Sequence record: OR842557
DNA: 64,000 nucleotides
Source of the DNA: Escherichia phage 04086
Direction: 5' to 3' (one strand)
A program made the position numbers and the translations under genes. Of the stretch, positions 10,137-23,284 are shown piece after piece (position 1 is the first letter of the stretch; each line of letters begins with the position of its first letter). The notes under the pieces are model-generated. The model did not search any database. It was not told where the DNA came from and saw only the letters and a list, made by a program, of their open reading frames with translations.

Positions 10137-11417
10137 TTAGTTTAATTCAGTCAAAACTTTAGGAAGTTTCACACCAAGCAATACAGACATATCAGAACGT
10201 CCAGCCATCAAATCCATATTAGTCGCATCAATAATACGGGCTTGTTTATCATCAGCAGTAACCGTATAAGGGTTAGCAGCCAGTGCATAACGAACCATTA
10301 ATGCAATAGATGGTTGCAGGCTTTCAGGGTCAACGACCACTTTAAATGTACCTACATGTTCAGGGTCAGCCAAATCAAGGCCTTCTGTATACGGCGCATA
10401 GAACAAAGAACCTACTGCTTCTTTCCCACCAAATTCCTCTTTAACACCTACAGTAACATAATCAATTGGCGTGTTGGTATCACAATACAGAGGCAAACCA
10501 TTTTCCAGGAATCCGTATGCACTTGCAGAAAGATATTTGTCATTCTGTGGGGTATGTCTCAACCATCCGGAACCAGCCAGAACAGCAGCTACACGAGTAC
10601 TCGCTACTACATAAGTTGCCGTATAAGAGGTTGCGCGCTGGATATGAGAAACCATTTCACACACCAATTCATAAAGCTTGCGAGAAGCTTCCGGTGAGTT
10701 AGCATAACTCAGGTCAATTAAGCCATCATCACACAAACCTTCAACTTTATAACGCTTGGAAACCGTAACCAGGGACTGAAGAATATCTTTGTTGATTTCA
10801 TCAGCCATTTCAGTAGCCAGGAGGTCTTCCAAGAAATTAGGGGCATCGAAACCATTTGCTTCTAGGTCTTGAGCCAGTTCTACAGTAACAGTACTCTTCA
10901 ACTTACGGGATTTAACCGGAGCGTTCCATTTATTAACGATGAATCTGGCTTCAGAGATATCTACTTCTTGAGGACCTTCAAAACGCTCAGTCAGTGCGGC
11001 TTCGGACATAATACGGATAGTCAACTTAACAATAGCTTCTTGAAGTTGTTCGTATTCATCACCAGTAGCACCGGCAAATGGTGATGCTACCAAAGCTTTA
11101 TAAACCACGTTTTCAAATTGGAACAAATCATCTTTAGCATAAACAGCACCTGCAGTGAAAACCGGGATAGTGGCACGGTCTTTAGCGGATACTGCGCCTG
11201 AATAAGTAGCACCCGTCTGGAAAGATAATTCGTCTTTTTCTGTAAGATATTTGATACCATATAGAGCAGCCAAAGGTTGGTTAGTACGCTGCTGAGCTAC
11301 AAGGTCGGTATAAACAAGTTTGGTCGTAGCTCTGGTTAAAGCTACTAAATTTGGACGACCAATCGAAGAACTCGAAGTAATGGTCGACTCTTTTAAAAGG
11401 TCGTTAATTTTAGCCAT
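10137..11417 (-). CDS. 24: Head vertex protein gp24
   Basis: 426 aa (T4 gp24 427 aa); gp23-like paralog located next to gene 23. Confidence 0.85.
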   Translation of the reverse strand: MAKINDLLKESTITSSSSIGRPNLVALTRATTKLVYTDLVAQQRTNQPLAALYGIKYLTEKDELSFQTGATYSGAVSAKDRATIPVFTAGAVYAKDDLFQFENVVYKALVASPFAGATGDEYEQLQEAIVKLTIRIMSEAALTERFEGPQEVDISEARFIVNKWNAPVKSRKLKSTVTVELAQDLEANGFDAPNFLEDLLATEMADEINKDILQSLVTVSKRYKVEGLCDDGLIDLSYANSPEASRKLYELVCEMVSHIQRATSYTATYVVASTRVAAVLAGSGWLRHTPQNDKYLSASAYGFLENGLPLYCDTNTPIDYVTVGVKEEFGGKEAVGSLFYAPYTEGLDLADPEHVGTFKVVVDPESLQPSIALMVRYALAANPYTVTADDKQARIIDATNMDLMAGRSDMSVLLGVKLPKVLTELN

Positions 11418-11446
11418 TGCTATTTTCCTTATTGAGAATATAATTT

Positions 11447-11454
11447 TATTTATA
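11447..11454 (-). promoter_or_regulatory. T4 late promoter (TATAAATA on minus) for gene 24
   Basis: tatttata at 11447-11454, 30 nt upstream of the gp24 start. Confidence 0.6.
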
Positions 11455-11460
11455 AAAGTG

Positions 11461-11490
11461 GTTTACACACAAAAAGCGTCGTGTTACTAT
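11461..11490 (+). promoter_or_regulatory. T4 early promoter cassette (GTTTAC-N17-TACTAT with conserved TACTATAGACCTATCAAAAC core)
   Basis: Same architecture as the promoter cassettes at 46235, 49852, 55336, 58812, 61428. Confidence 0.55.
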
Positions 11491-11519
11491 AGACCTATCA
11501 AAACATGAGGAGATTAAAA

Positions 11520-11786
11520 ATGAACAAATTAAACTTTATCCGTACTACACTTTCTAACCTTGACAAAGACATCAAAGCTCTGGTAGAAAAATTCGGTACC
11601 AATCCTAACGGTAATGCAGTTAATGCATTGGTTAAGAAATACGAAGCCCTGGCTTATGAAACCGACTTCTGGTGGAACGGTGAATACTCTACCCATACCA
11701 AAGACAAATCTGGTAACTGGCTGAAAATCCAAGAAAATCGTATTGACTTCCGTGATATCATCAACCGTCGAGTTAAAGCGGAGTAA
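11520..11786 (+). CDS. Hypothetical protein (88 aa) cotranscribed with GIY-YIG endonuclease
   Basis: ORF 11505..11786; ATG at 11520 follows RBS gaggag; plus-strand insert between minus-strand genes 24 and 23. Confidence 0.45.
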   Translation: MNKLNFIRTTLSNLDKDIKALVEKFGTNPNGNAVNALVKKYEALAYETDFWWNGEYSTHTKDKSGNWLKIQENRIDFRDIINRRVKAE

Positions 11787-11789
11787 AAT

Positions 11790-12461
11790 ATGAATTATTT
11801 AATTTACAAAATAACCAATCTCGTTAATAACAAGATTTATGTAGGAGCCCATGCCACTACAGATGTTAATGATTCTTATATGGGCTCCGGAGTTAACATA
11901 GTAAAATCCATAAAGAAATACGGTTTAGAGAATTTTAAAAAGGAAATCCTTTTCAATTTCGAAACATCTGAAGAGATGTATGCTAAGGAAGCCGAACTAG
12001 TTGACGAGGCTTTTGTCATGAGAACGGATACTTATAATGCAGCCTTAGGCGGCAAGGGTAATCCTGTTATAGTAGCTTTACAGGAACCTGGGTATCGTGA
12101 GATGTTATCCGAAAAGACCAAGGCAGGTATGACTGAGAAAGTAAAGGCCCATATTTCAAAAATGAAAAAAGGTGTAAAACAATCACCTGAGCTTATTGAA
12201 AATAAACGAATCGGTAATTTAAAATTTTACAAAGAAAACGGTTCAAGACTTAAAGGTAGAAAATTATCAGAAGAACATAAGGCCCGTATAAAGGCTAATT
12301 CCAATAAAGGCAAAAAATTTGTATTTGTTGATATAATGATTAAAGGCCGTAGATTTGATAGATACGAAAATGCAGCGAACTACTTTGGAGTAAGTGGTAA
12401 AACAATACGTAACTGGATTAAAGAAACCAGGCCACAATTTGCTGATTGTTATAAGTTATAG
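11790..12461 (+). CDS. GIY-YIG homing endonuclease (Seg-like)
   Basis: N-terminal YKITN..KIYVGA...YMGSG matches the GIY-YIG motif; basic C-terminal DNA-binding region; same locus as T4 segD between genes 23 and 24. Confidence 0.75.
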   Translation: MNYLIYKITNLVNNKIYVGAHATTDVNDSYMGSGVNIVKSIKKYGLENFKKEILFNFETSEEMYAKEAELVDEAFVMRTDTYNAALGGKGNPVIVALQEPGYREMLSEKTKAGMTEKVKAHISKMKKGVKQSPELIENKRIGNLKFYKENGSRLKGRKLSEEHKARIKANSNKGKKFVFVDIMIKGRRFDRYENAANYFGVSGKTIRNWIKETRPQFADCYKL

Positions 12462-12471
12462 AAACAAGAAT

Positions 12472-12489
12472 GGGAGACCGAAGTCTCCC
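12472..12489 (-). terminator. Hairpin terminator after gene 23 (GGGAGAC-uucg-GUCUCCC on minus)
   Basis: UUCG tetraloop hairpin downstream of the gp23 stop, followed by T-rich sequence on minus. Confidence 0.6.
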
Positions 12490-12520
12490 AAATAATTTTA
12501 AGAATTAATAACTTATGTTA

Positions 12521-14080
12521 TCAAATTCCTTTGACATAAACCCGACGAAAATAACCATTCAGACCAAGGCTGTTAACGATGTCAGGCATACCGCTCTGAA
12601 TACGTTTGGTAGGAGCCTGTGCAGACGGGTCAGCGAACGGGTTGATACCGATACCGTAACGAGTTTTGAAGCCCATTACCGGTTGGAAGTTCTTCGGATC
12701 GGAACCACGCAGCGGGGTCAGTGCAACGTACGGAGCATAGTAGATACCTGCGTCCATTTCGTTAGCGCCTTTATAACCGATGGTGAAGTAATCGGAACGT
12801 GCATACTGGTCGATGTAAACGCGATATTTACCACCAAGAACACCGGCAAATACTGCTTTGGTTGTGTCAACGTTGAAACCTTGACCCAGACCTTGAGCTG
12901 CATAACTTACAGAAGTATCAACTGCAGCCAGTACGTTAACTACGTTACGGGAAGCGATGATGAAGTTACCAGCACCACGACCGGTCTGACGAGCGATTTC
13001 GGCTGCTTCTTTATCAATCTGGAACAGAAGGGCTTTAAAGCTCTCACCGGCCCAACGAGCACCACGGATATCAATCGGGTCCTGGAAGTCAAACACACCA
13101 GCTTTAGCGCCAACGGTGTTGGTCATACCAGATTTACCAACCTGTGCAGAGTAGTTAATCCAATCGATAACTTCACGGTTGATTTCGAGCATAATTTCGG
13201 TAGCAAGGATACCGGACAGTTCAGCATCTGCATCCATACCGTGTACTGCACGAAGGTCCTGTGCCAGTTCGATAGAGTAGCTTGCTTTCAGCTGACGGGA
13301 TTTAGCTTCGATAACTTGTTTGTCGATGCGGAAGCCCATTTCGTTCCACGGGTTATCCTGGGAACCGTTAAAACCTTCCTGAAGTTCGGCGATAGAAGTA
13401 GCCATACCTTCAGCCAATTCAGCCAACTTACCAGCTTCAATCAAAGCGGTAACAGCAGCATCCAGTTTAGCGGCATCGGTAGCAGCAGAATCAACGGTTA
13501 CAGCTTCAACAGCCTGGAAGTGTGCAGCACCGGTAGCTTCGAAGAAGTGGGAATAAATTTTACCAACTTCCAGAACTTTGCTTGCAGCCAGTGCTTCGAA
13601 AGATTTAGCAGCACCCTGACCAGAGAACATAGCGTCCGGAGAATACATCGGATGGAAAGCTTCTTTAGCGCCAGCAGCGATAGGGTCTTTACCATAAACT
13701 GCGCGCAGGGCAAATACCTGGCCGGTAGGGTTATTCAGAGGCTGAACACCACAAATATCAAAAGCAATCAGATGAGGAATAGCACGACGAACCATACCCA
13801 TTACTGCCGGCCCAATCTGAGTTACAGCACCAGAAGTCTGGCCGGCTGCGATATTGGTAGCATCATAACCGTGGTCACCACCAATTTCAGCTTCGGTCAA
13901 GAAAGAACCAAATGCTTCGGAGATTTTTTCATCACGGTATTCCGGGGCAGTCAGGATGTCTTGTTCCTGGTTTTCGAAAATTTTAGCGATGATAGCTTGT
14001 TTAGAAGCACCCACGATTTCAGGAAGGGCTTCGTTTTCCAGCAGAGCGGACCATTTTTGAACTAATGCATTCTTTTTCAT
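12521..14080 (-). CDS. 23: Major capsid protein gp23
   Basis: 519 aa; very high identity to remembered T4 gp23 over most of its length (AIIAKIFENQE, GGDHGY, IAFDICGVQP, YRVYIDQYA, FRRVYVKGI). Confidence 0.97.
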   Translation of the reverse strand: MKKNALVQKWSALLENEALPEIVGASKQAIIAKIFENQEQDILTAPEYRDEKISEAFGSFLTEAEIGGDHGYDATNIAAGQTSGAVTQIGPAVMGMVRRAIPHLIAFDICGVQPLNNPTGQVFALRAVYGKDPIAAGAKEAFHPMYSPDAMFSGQGAAKSFEALAASKVLEVGKIYSHFFEATGAAHFQAVEAVTVDSAATDAAKLDAAVTALIEAGKLAELAEGMATSIAELQEGFNGSQDNPWNEMGFRIDKQVIEAKSRQLKASYSIELAQDLRAVHGMDADAELSGILATEIMLEINREVIDWINYSAQVGKSGMTNTVGAKAGVFDFQDPIDIRGARWAGESFKALLFQIDKEAAEIARQTGRGAGNFIIASRNVVNVLAAVDTSVSYAAQGLGQGFNVDTTKAVFAGVLGGKYRVYIDQYARSDYFTIGYKGANEMDAGIYYAPYVALTPLRGSDPKNFQPVMGFKTRYGIGINPFADPSAQAPTKRIQSGMPDIVNSLGLNGYFRRVYVKGI

Positions 14081-14101
14081 GTGTTGTATAACCTTATTAA
14101 A

Positions 14102-14917
14102 TTAAGAAATTCGTGATGCTGCGATTGCAGACAGGTCCGCGAAGGACAGGGTAGGCTTAGAGCCTTTTTCTTCAACTGCTTCTGAAATGTAATTCAGGGC
14201 CGCAGCATCGTCTACATTTTTATTTATAGCGGCTTCGGTGATTGGGTTTTCAACGTCAGACTGACCTTTAACCATTTCAACAATAGCGCCAATTTTTTTA
14301 CCGAATGCATCGGAATAATCCATGCCTTCTACCAGAGAACTAACTTTTTCTTTTTGGGATTCAGTCAGGTCTTTAGTTGCTTCTGTAACAGCAACTTCAC
14401 GCTGTACGTAATTAATATACGCATCGCGCTTACCAACTTCTTCGAACAGACGAGCGGTTTCATCTTTCTGCTCTTGGAGCTCTTCTTCCATTTCAGCGAC
14501 AACATCTACTGCTTCTTCTGGAACAACCACATTGTGTTCAACAAACAGTTCTTTCATACCCATCAACATGGATTCGAACAGTTCGGCTTTAATACCTTTA
14601 TCAACAGCCAGCTGGTTTTCAGCCATCCATTCTTTAGCAACGTGGTCAAGGAAACGACCGGCAGCTTCTTGGATTTTCTTATCGGCTTTTTCTTCAGCTT
14701 CTTCTTTATTTTTCTCGACTTCTTCTTCCGCTTTTTCAGCGATTTTAGCGATGTGAGATTCAGCCAGTTTCACGGCGTGTTGCTTGACGGTAGCTTCGAA
14801 TACAGTGCCGAAAGTTTCTTTTGCTTCCGGAGAAATATTAACTGATTCGAAAATACTGTCAAGAGCAACGGAAGCATCAATATTCTGTGCTTCGGCGATC
14901 AGTTGTTCTTTAAGCAT
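14102..14917 (-). CDS. 22: Prohead core scaffolding protein gp22
   Basis: 271 aa acidic coiled-coil protein (T4 gp22 269 aa) between genes 21 and 23. Confidence 0.8.
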   Translation of the reverse strand: MLKEQLIAEAQNIDASVALDSIFESVNISPEAKETFGTVFEATVKQHAVKLAESHIAKIAEKAEEEVEKNKEEAEEKADKKIQEAAGRFLDHVAKEWMAENQLAVDKGIKAELFESMLMGMKELFVEHNVVVPEEAVDVVAEMEEELQEQKDETARLFEEVGKRDAYINYVQREVAVTEATKDLTESQKEKVSSLVEGMDYSDAFGKKIGAIVEMVKGQSDVENPITEAAINKNVDDAAALNYISEAVEEKGSKPTLSFADLSAIAASRIS

Positions 14918-14944
14918 TTTGTAGTCCTGTTGTTTAGATAATAA

Positions 14945-14952
14945 TATTTATA
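14945..14952 (-). promoter_or_regulatory. T4 late promoter (TATAAATA on minus) for gene 22
   Basis: tatttata at 14945-14952, 28 nt upstream of the gp22 start, overlapping the gp21 stop. Confidence 0.55.
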
Positions 14953-15583
14953 ACGCTTTTTTCATGGCCTCTGCGAGAGCCATAAAGGCGTCATCGGCAC
15001 TGGTATCGGTTTCTACCGTTTGTGATTCTGTAATTTGCTTTGGAGTTACATAAGCATCAGGAGCAGATGGTCCCCATACTGCATCAACACCGACGGTTAA
15101 TTTATAACCTTCATTTACACGCTTATATCCTTTGTTGGTTTCGGTTAAAGAACCAAGACCACGAGAACTAACACCAGGAACCCAACCCGCTCGAATATTT
15201 GCGGCTAGTTTATCACCCGGGCCATGGTCACCTTCGATGATACGTGCACGTCCATAAACATCATTACCTTTCCACCACATATCTTCAATAATGATAGCAG
15301 CTTGCATAGGGTCAACGTTAGCACGAGGTGGATGGTTTAATTCTCCTAAAGCTTGTTTAGTAGCAACCTGTTCTGCCATATAATCAGAAACGGCTTTTTC
15401 CAAAATAGGTTTTGGGTAAAGGCGTTTATTACGGTTAACTACCTCTGCTTGCATGAAAATGCCTTCTATATAAAGGCCGGGAGCAAGCCCAGAATTTTTT
15501 CCATCATGAGATTCCAACATAGGAACCCCATCGATAATTTCACCTGGTTGTCCCCAATGTTCGATGAGCAATTCAGGTTTCAT
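14948..15583 (-). CDS. 21: Prohead protease gp21
   Basis: 211 aa (T4 gp21 212 aa); position between gp68 and gp22. Confidence 0.85.
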   Translation of the reverse strand: MKPELLIEHWGQPGEIIDGVPMLESHDGKNSGLAPGLYIEGIFMQAEVVNRNKRLYPKPILEKAVSDYMAEQVATKQALGELNHPPRANVDPMQAAIIIEDMWWKGNDVYGRARIIEGDHGPGDKLAANIRAGWVPGVSSRGLGSLTETNKGYKRVNEGYKLTVGVDAVWGPSAPDAYVTPKQITESQTVETDTSADDAFMALAEAMKKAL

Positions 15584-16011
15584 TAGTTAAGTCCAAAAGC
15601 TTTACGTTTAGAACGGGCTTTCTTACGCTTACGTTCGGCACGTACTTGAGTAGACGGGTTAGCACGTTTGGTTTTAGATGCTTTACGAGCAATCTGACGG
15701 CGTTTTGCTTTAGATAAACCTGTCGTTTGGAATGCGTTACGTTGACGGGTTTTAATATCTTTAGTACGAGTAAGCACACCTTTAGAGGAAACGTGTTTAA
15801 CGATAAATTCGTTAAGAGCCATTGATTCATTTAAAGAACCAAGAGCGATAGCACATTCGATATCGCCTTCAGCAATCATGTTCTCTACAAGATTATTTAT
15901 ATCGCTTTTCTCGAGCGCTTCAGAAAGAGCAGCAAAACGTCCCTGTGCTTCTGGAATTTTGGCCTCTACGCTTTCTAGAGTTAATTCGTAATCATCAGGG
16001 ATAAGGAACAT
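15583..16011 (-). CDS. 68: Prohead core protein gp68
   Basis: 142 aa (T4 141 aa), basic C-terminus; synteny 20-67-68-21. Confidence 0.6.
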   Translation of the reverse strand: MFLIPDDYELTLESVEAKIPEAQGRFAALSEALEKSDINNLVENMIAEGDIECAIALGSLNESMALNEFIVKHVSSKGVLTRTKDIKTRQRNAFQTTGLSKAKRRQIARKASKTKRANPSTQVRAERKRKKARSKRKAFGLN

Positions 16012-16256
16012 TATTCGTCGTCCTCGTCGTCATCCGCATCGTCAGATTCTTTTTTGTCTTTCTTATCTGCTTTATCGGATTTTTCGTCGTCTTCGTCATC
16101 TTCGTCAGCTTCTTCGCCTTCAATCATAACGGAGCGAGCAATTTCTGCTTTACGGGCTTCAATCAAAGCGGTTACTCGAGATTCGATAAGCGGGGCTGCT
16201 GCTTTACGAACTGCTACGAGGTCGTTTGATTTAATAGCTTCGATTAAATCTTCCAT
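16011..16256 (-). CDS. 67: Prohead core protein gp67
   Basis: 81 aa with highly acidic C-terminus (T4 gp67 80 aa); synteny. Confidence 0.6.
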   Translation of the reverse strand: MEDLIEAIKSNDLVAVRKAAAPLIESRVTALIEARKAEIARSVMIEGEEADEDDEDDEKSDKADKKDKKESDDADDDEDDE

Positions 16257-17830
16257 TAGAAATCCTCTTCTTCTTCATCTGGGTTTTGGAAACGAGCCTC
16301 TTTAGACTCTTCTTCAATTTGCTTAGCTTCTTGATTAATTTCTTCGTCGGTCATTTGGAGGAAATCTTTCATAGCCGTTTGATGTGAAATGTACTTACCA
16401 ATAAATGGTTCAGCCATCGTTAGCATATTGATTCTGCGTTCCATGATTTCAGCATCTTTCATTTCACTGAAATAGCTATCACGGTTAAACGTAACTTTAA
16501 TATTATTTATTTCCTTTTCCCACTCATCTTCTGTAATAATCTTTTTAAGAATGAGGTTTGTTTTTAACGGGTCTAGGAAAATTTCTTCAAATTTGTTTTG
16601 TAGTTGACGAATCCATTTAGAGAATTTTAATTCGTCACGAGTGATTGCTGTACCGGCATCAAACATAACACCAGAATTAGACTCGCTAGGGATACGTGAT
16701 TCAGGAACACGCAACGCACGGTAAAGTGCTGTGCGGAAATAAAGAACGTCATCCATATCACTCATACCAGTAGCACCTGGCATTGTATCAACTTCTGTTA
16801 CCGCTTTACCATCACGACGTTGCAACCAATAGTCTTCAGTCATGGACATATTGTGTTGTTGGTTTTTAATTTTACCCGTCGAAGCATCATACACCACACG
16901 GTTTTTCATCGTGTTCATGATATGTTGCATTTGTGCTGCAGCCTTACGTGAAGGCATATTACCTGTATCGATATAAAACACACGACGGTCAGGAGCACGT
17001 GTAATACGGTAGATGACCATTGCGTCTTCCATCAATTTAAGCTGGTTTGCAGGCTTAATAGCACGTTGCAAATAGCCAATGATGTTTTTACCACAACAAT
17101 CTAATAATCCTGAATGGGCATAAACCACAGCAGCACGAGGAATTTTAACTTTAGTCCCGGCTGAATAAATGCGTCCATCTGCGCAATAGCTTTCATGACC
17201 TGTGTCGTAAACGAAAAACTCGCGATATCCGTCTACAACTTTAACACCATCTTCCATACGTGTAACGATTTCACGAATATATTGGACTTGGCGTGGGTCT
17301 AAGCGACGAAGCTCTTGTACGCCATCTTTCATTTTTTTAGGGTTTATAATTTTATGAAAGAAAATTCTTGAGTCTACATACCAGCGTTGGAAATGGTCAG
17401 TGCCTTTACGTTGGAAATTTAAAAGGTTTAAAACTTCACTGAATTCGGCCAAGATTTTATCTTTAATTGCTTGACTAAATTCTGTCCCGTCTAAGTTCAA
17501 TGCAACTACTTCTTTATCATCCTCATAGACAATAGCGTCAGACACAATTTCCTGTACGGCGTTGTCGACTTCATAGTTGTTCATTAAATTACGGTAGGTA
17601 TCAATAAGTTCCCTGGTATTTTTAACTTCAGGCTCATTACTACCAAACATCTGTTGCATAAGAGCATTATAAGGAATATTTTGCTCTTGTGTCTCAATTT
17701 CGCGAGCGCCATCATCAAGCTTAGGTGCGGTGACAGACTCTAAATTGTTATTAATTTGTTGTTTATATTCTTTTTCGTCTTCATTAGCCCATGGCTTAAG
17801 AAAACTTAATATTGTATTAAAGTTTGCCAT
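16256..17830 (-). CDS. 20: Portal vertex protein gp20
   Basis: 524 aa, identical in length to T4 gp20; synteny. Confidence 0.9.
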   Translation of the reverse strand: MANFNTILSFLKPWANEDEKEYKQQINNNLESVTAPKLDDGAREIETQEQNIPYNALMQQMFGSNEPEVKNTRELIDTYRNLMNNYEVDNAVQEIVSDAIVYEDDKEVVALNLDGTEFSQAIKDKILAEFSEVLNLLNFQRKGTDHFQRWYVDSRIFFHKIINPKKMKDGVQELRRLDPRQVQYIREIVTRMEDGVKVVDGYREFFVYDTGHESYCADGRIYSAGTKVKIPRAAVVYAHSGLLDCCGKNIIGYLQRAIKPANQLKLMEDAMVIYRITRAPDRRVFYIDTGNMPSRKAAAQMQHIMNTMKNRVVYDASTGKIKNQQHNMSMTEDYWLQRRDGKAVTEVDTMPGATGMSDMDDVLYFRTALYRALRVPESRIPSESNSGVMFDAGTAITRDELKFSKWIRQLQNKFEEIFLDPLKTNLILKKIITEDEWEKEINNIKVTFNRDSYFSEMKDAEIMERRINMLTMAEPFIGKYISHQTAMKDFLQMTDEEINQEAKQIEEESKEARFQNPDEEEEDF

Positions 17831-17878
17831 TAGAGTCTCCGATGAATGGGATAAGGAGCCGAAGCTCCTTGATAATTC

Positions 17879-17886
17879 TATTTATA
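17879..17886 (-). promoter_or_regulatory. Candidate late promoter (TATAAATA on minus) upstream of gene 20
   Basis: tatttata 17879-17886; a hairpin (ggagc-cgaa-gctcc, 17855-17868) lies between it and the start. Confidence 0.5.
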
Positions 17887-17887
17887 C

Positions 17888-18379
17888 TCATTCCCACCAA
17901 TCGATAGCGAACGTACTTTCAAACGTTTCAACTTCGTTGTTCGAATCCCAATCCATCTGGACTTCACCAACGTTAGTAGGCCATAAGCCGTAAATTGTAA
18001 CTTCTTTGGTCACAGTCTTGCCGTCACGATGGAACTGGCGAACTACTGCTTGTTTCTTATATTCTGCAGGTGCTGCACCGGTAATTTCATTGGTCATACC
18101 ATGACAGAGATTCTGCCAATCAACAATTGCTTGACGAGTGTCATGTGCATCATCGTTATAAATGGTAATGGTCCAATCATCAAACGTACGGTCACCAGCT
18201 ACGTTAATTTTACGGTTCATGTAGCCAACCGGTACTTTTTCTACAATGCCTGCTGGCATAGGTGCTGCTTTACATTTAAAGCTAAAGTTTTTACCAAGAA
18301 ATGGAATTTCCACTTCGAAAAGGTTAGGGCGTGCAAAGTCACCTGACTCAAATGCACGAGTGATATCTGTCAACTCCAT
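17888..18379 (-). CDS. 19: Tail tube protein gp19
   Basis: ORF 17888..18409; start at MELTDITRAFESGDFARPNLF (18379) gives 163 aa as in T4; high identity to remembered T4 gp19. Confidence 0.88.
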   Translation of the reverse strand: MELTDITRAFESGDFARPNLFEVEIPFLGKNFSFKCKAAPMPAGIVEKVPVGYMNRKINVAGDRTFDDWTITIYNDDAHDTRQAIVDWQNLCHGMTNEITGAAPAEYKKQAVVRQFHRDGKTVTKEVTIYGLWPTNVGEVQMDWDSNNEVETFESTFAIDWWE

Positions 18380-18431
18380 GGGATGCCTCATAAGCCAGTT
18401 CCTGGACACACCAGGAACGTTCTGATTAATT

Positions 18432-18439
18432 TATTTATA
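18432..18439 (-). promoter_or_regulatory. T4 late promoter for gene 19
   Basis: tatttata 18432-18439; 5-prime UTR hairpin 18398-18418 between promoter and start. Confidence 0.6.
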
Positions 18440-18564
18440 ACAGTTGATAAATCATATTCCTAAAGAATAATCAATCCCAGGCGCAATTCTACGTGATGTA
18501 CGCTGTAACCAAACTCATGGTATAATGGTTTTAGGTTCTTTATATTACAGCCTGGGATAATAGA

Positions 18565-20941
18565 TTATACTAAAGGTCCAATCAATTCATCAAAATCAGC
18601 ACCAGTGCTCGTTGCAACGAAGTTCAACGTGATGTAGTTAATAGAACGAGAAGGTTTAACATAGATATTAGCAATAAACTCATTACGGTCGATAACCGCA
18701 GGGGTGTTCACTGTAGTATCACAAACCACACGTCCTTCATAAATCCCACCAAGTGCCTTAATACCATCTAAGTACTGAGAAACTTCCATACGGAAGCTTG
18801 AACGAGTGAAGTTATCGTTCAATTCAAACAGTTTGTATTTAGAGGCATCACCGATATTTTTCTTAAGCATGTTGAACAGACGGCGAACGTTAATATGGTC
18901 CATCGGAGATGGAACTTTAGTTGCAGTCTTATCACCAAACAATACGAAACCATCGCCACCAGCAAAACCAACAACCGGGTTAATAGCTTCTTGGTACATG
19001 CGGTCACGTTGAGCTTGGCGTGGTTCAATTGCCAATTTCAGAACGTTAAGAATCTGACCACGGTTATAACCAGCCGGAGACATCCAAGGCTGAGAAACAT
19101 CATCTGTACGCGCACACAAACCAGCCATATCAGCGGCCAGAGGCACCCAACGGTTTACGTCATTATATTTGTCATACTGATATTTATAGTTACCATCAAT
19201 AGCAGCATAAGTGGTGCTAATGTTCATGTTGTTGGTATCGAAAGTACCTGCACCTGTACGCCAGTCAATAAGGTTATCTACTGCACGAGTCAATGGAACG
19301 TTAACCAACAGTCCTTTAGGAGGAGAAATAAAGGCTAAGCAATCTTGACGTTCATCAGCAATGCTCACCACGTGTTTCTGAACGGTAGAAGCAACTTCAT
19401 CGCCTTCACCAGCAACAGCACCAGCAATCAAAAGGTTAATATGGAGTGCTTCACGGTCGGCAAACAAATCCCAACCCTGCATCAAATCACTTGCAGTAAC
19501 CTGATCGTTAGCAGATACACCACCCATTAGATTAATGATACCACTGAAGCCTTTAGGCCAGTTCAAAGAGGTAGCAAAAATATAGTTAGAAGTACCTTTA
19601 GCGAAATAGTCGTCAAGATAAATGTTATTACCGTAAACGTCTTTTTCACCTTCTTTGGTAGAAAGTACGACAGATTCTACGATAGCGCCGTCACGACGAA
19701 CAATAATCGCGTATTGGTCATCTGTTTGTGGGCCGTAATTAAATACCGCCTTGGCAATAGAAGCACGGGTACCACCGCCAGGATAAATATCCAGCATTTT
19801 AGAAGAACCAACATCATAAGCTGCTTTGGAAACGATTTCTACTTCTAAGGTGGAACCAATTTCGCCTGGATAAAGAGCAACTACGCCTGGCATAGCAAAT
19901 TTCTTAAGAGATGCTTGGAATTCCAGGGAAGTAATAGCTTCTTCACTGTTCTCTGCTTCAGTTAAAAGAATACCTGAATCCGTAACAATTTTACCTACGG
20001 TAATAGTACCGGAAACACCAGAAGAAGCGGAAGTAACTTCAGCCGTCCAAGCCGGGCCCAGGGTAGGANCACGCCAGGCATACCAAACTGTTTAAGAGAC
20101 GCTTGGAATTCTAGGGAAGTAATAGCTTCTTCACTGTTCTCTGCTTCGGTCAAAAGAATACCGGAATCGGTTACGATTTTACCAACGGTAATAGTACCAG
20201 AAACACCTGAAGAGGCAGAAGTTACTTCAGCAGTCCATGCCGGGCCGAGGTTCGGATACTGGTTTAAAGAACGTGCATAAGCAATAATTTTTGCTGATGG
20301 GATAAACACGGAAAGAATTTTACCATCCGTATCTACAGAAGTCACACGNCTTCAGTTAAAAGAATACCTGAATCCGTAACAATTTTACCTACGGTAATAG
20401 TACCGGAAACACCAGAAGAAGCGGAAGTAACTTCAGCCGTCCAAGCCGGGCCCAGGGTAGGATACTGGTTTAAAGAACGTGCATAAGCAATAATTTTTGC
20501 TGATGGGATAAACACGGAAAGAATTTTACCATCCGTATCTACAGAAGTCACACGACCTTCAGATTCAACAACAGTTTGGTTGTGCTTGATATTAATTTTA
20601 TCGCCTACTGCATAGTTAGAACCAGCCGTAGTAATAGTGGTTTCGATATTGCCTGCAACAGGAGATGCGTTTTTAGCGAATTCACGGTTAACAACACGAA
20701 CAGTACGAAGGTCGTTACCATATTGGAGGAAGTTCATACCAGACATAAAATAATCTGCCACTTCGTTGTTAGGACCTCCAAACAAATCCACCAGTTCAAC
20801 TTCGTTAGTAATTTGAGTTACCTGGAAAGCAGGGCCCCACTGGAATTTACCAACCAGCGCTGCACGACCCGTTGCGTTACGAACGACAGTACTCTGTACG
20901 GACGTTTCTTTGAGCTCAATGCCCGGTGATAATAAAGACAT
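18565..20941 (-). CDS. 18: Contractile tail sheath protein gp18, interrupted by two N-bounded duplicated segments
   Basis: ORFs 20342..20941 (N-terminus MSLLSPGIELKETSVQSTVV) and 18565..19893 (C-terminal two thirds) match remembered T4 gp18; intervening N-joined repeats break the frame. Confidence 0.88.
19895..20530. repeat. Triplicated N-bounded segment (N at 20069 and 20349) inside gene 18; probable assembly artifact or mixed variants
   Basis: Three overlapping copies of ~180-280 nt; the middle copy differs at many third-codon positions. Confidence 0.6.
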
Positions 20942-20970
20942 TTTGAATCCTCTTGGTTATGCTTTATTGT

Positions 20971-23280
<2,310 letters not shown>

Positions 23281-23284
<4 letters not shown>

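Noticed and set aside
12515-14065. 516 aa plus-strand ORF covering almost all of gene 23
   Set aside because: It is antisense to the major capsid gene, which matches T4 gp23 along its whole length. The ORF is Cys/Thr/Phe-rich and low-complexity, typical of a shadow frame opposite a strongly constrained coding sequence.
19895-20530. Apparent tandem triplication inside the tail sheath gene
   Set aside because: Copies are joined exactly at N characters and would destroy an essential gene; interpreted as unmerged overlapping contig ends rather than biological repeats.
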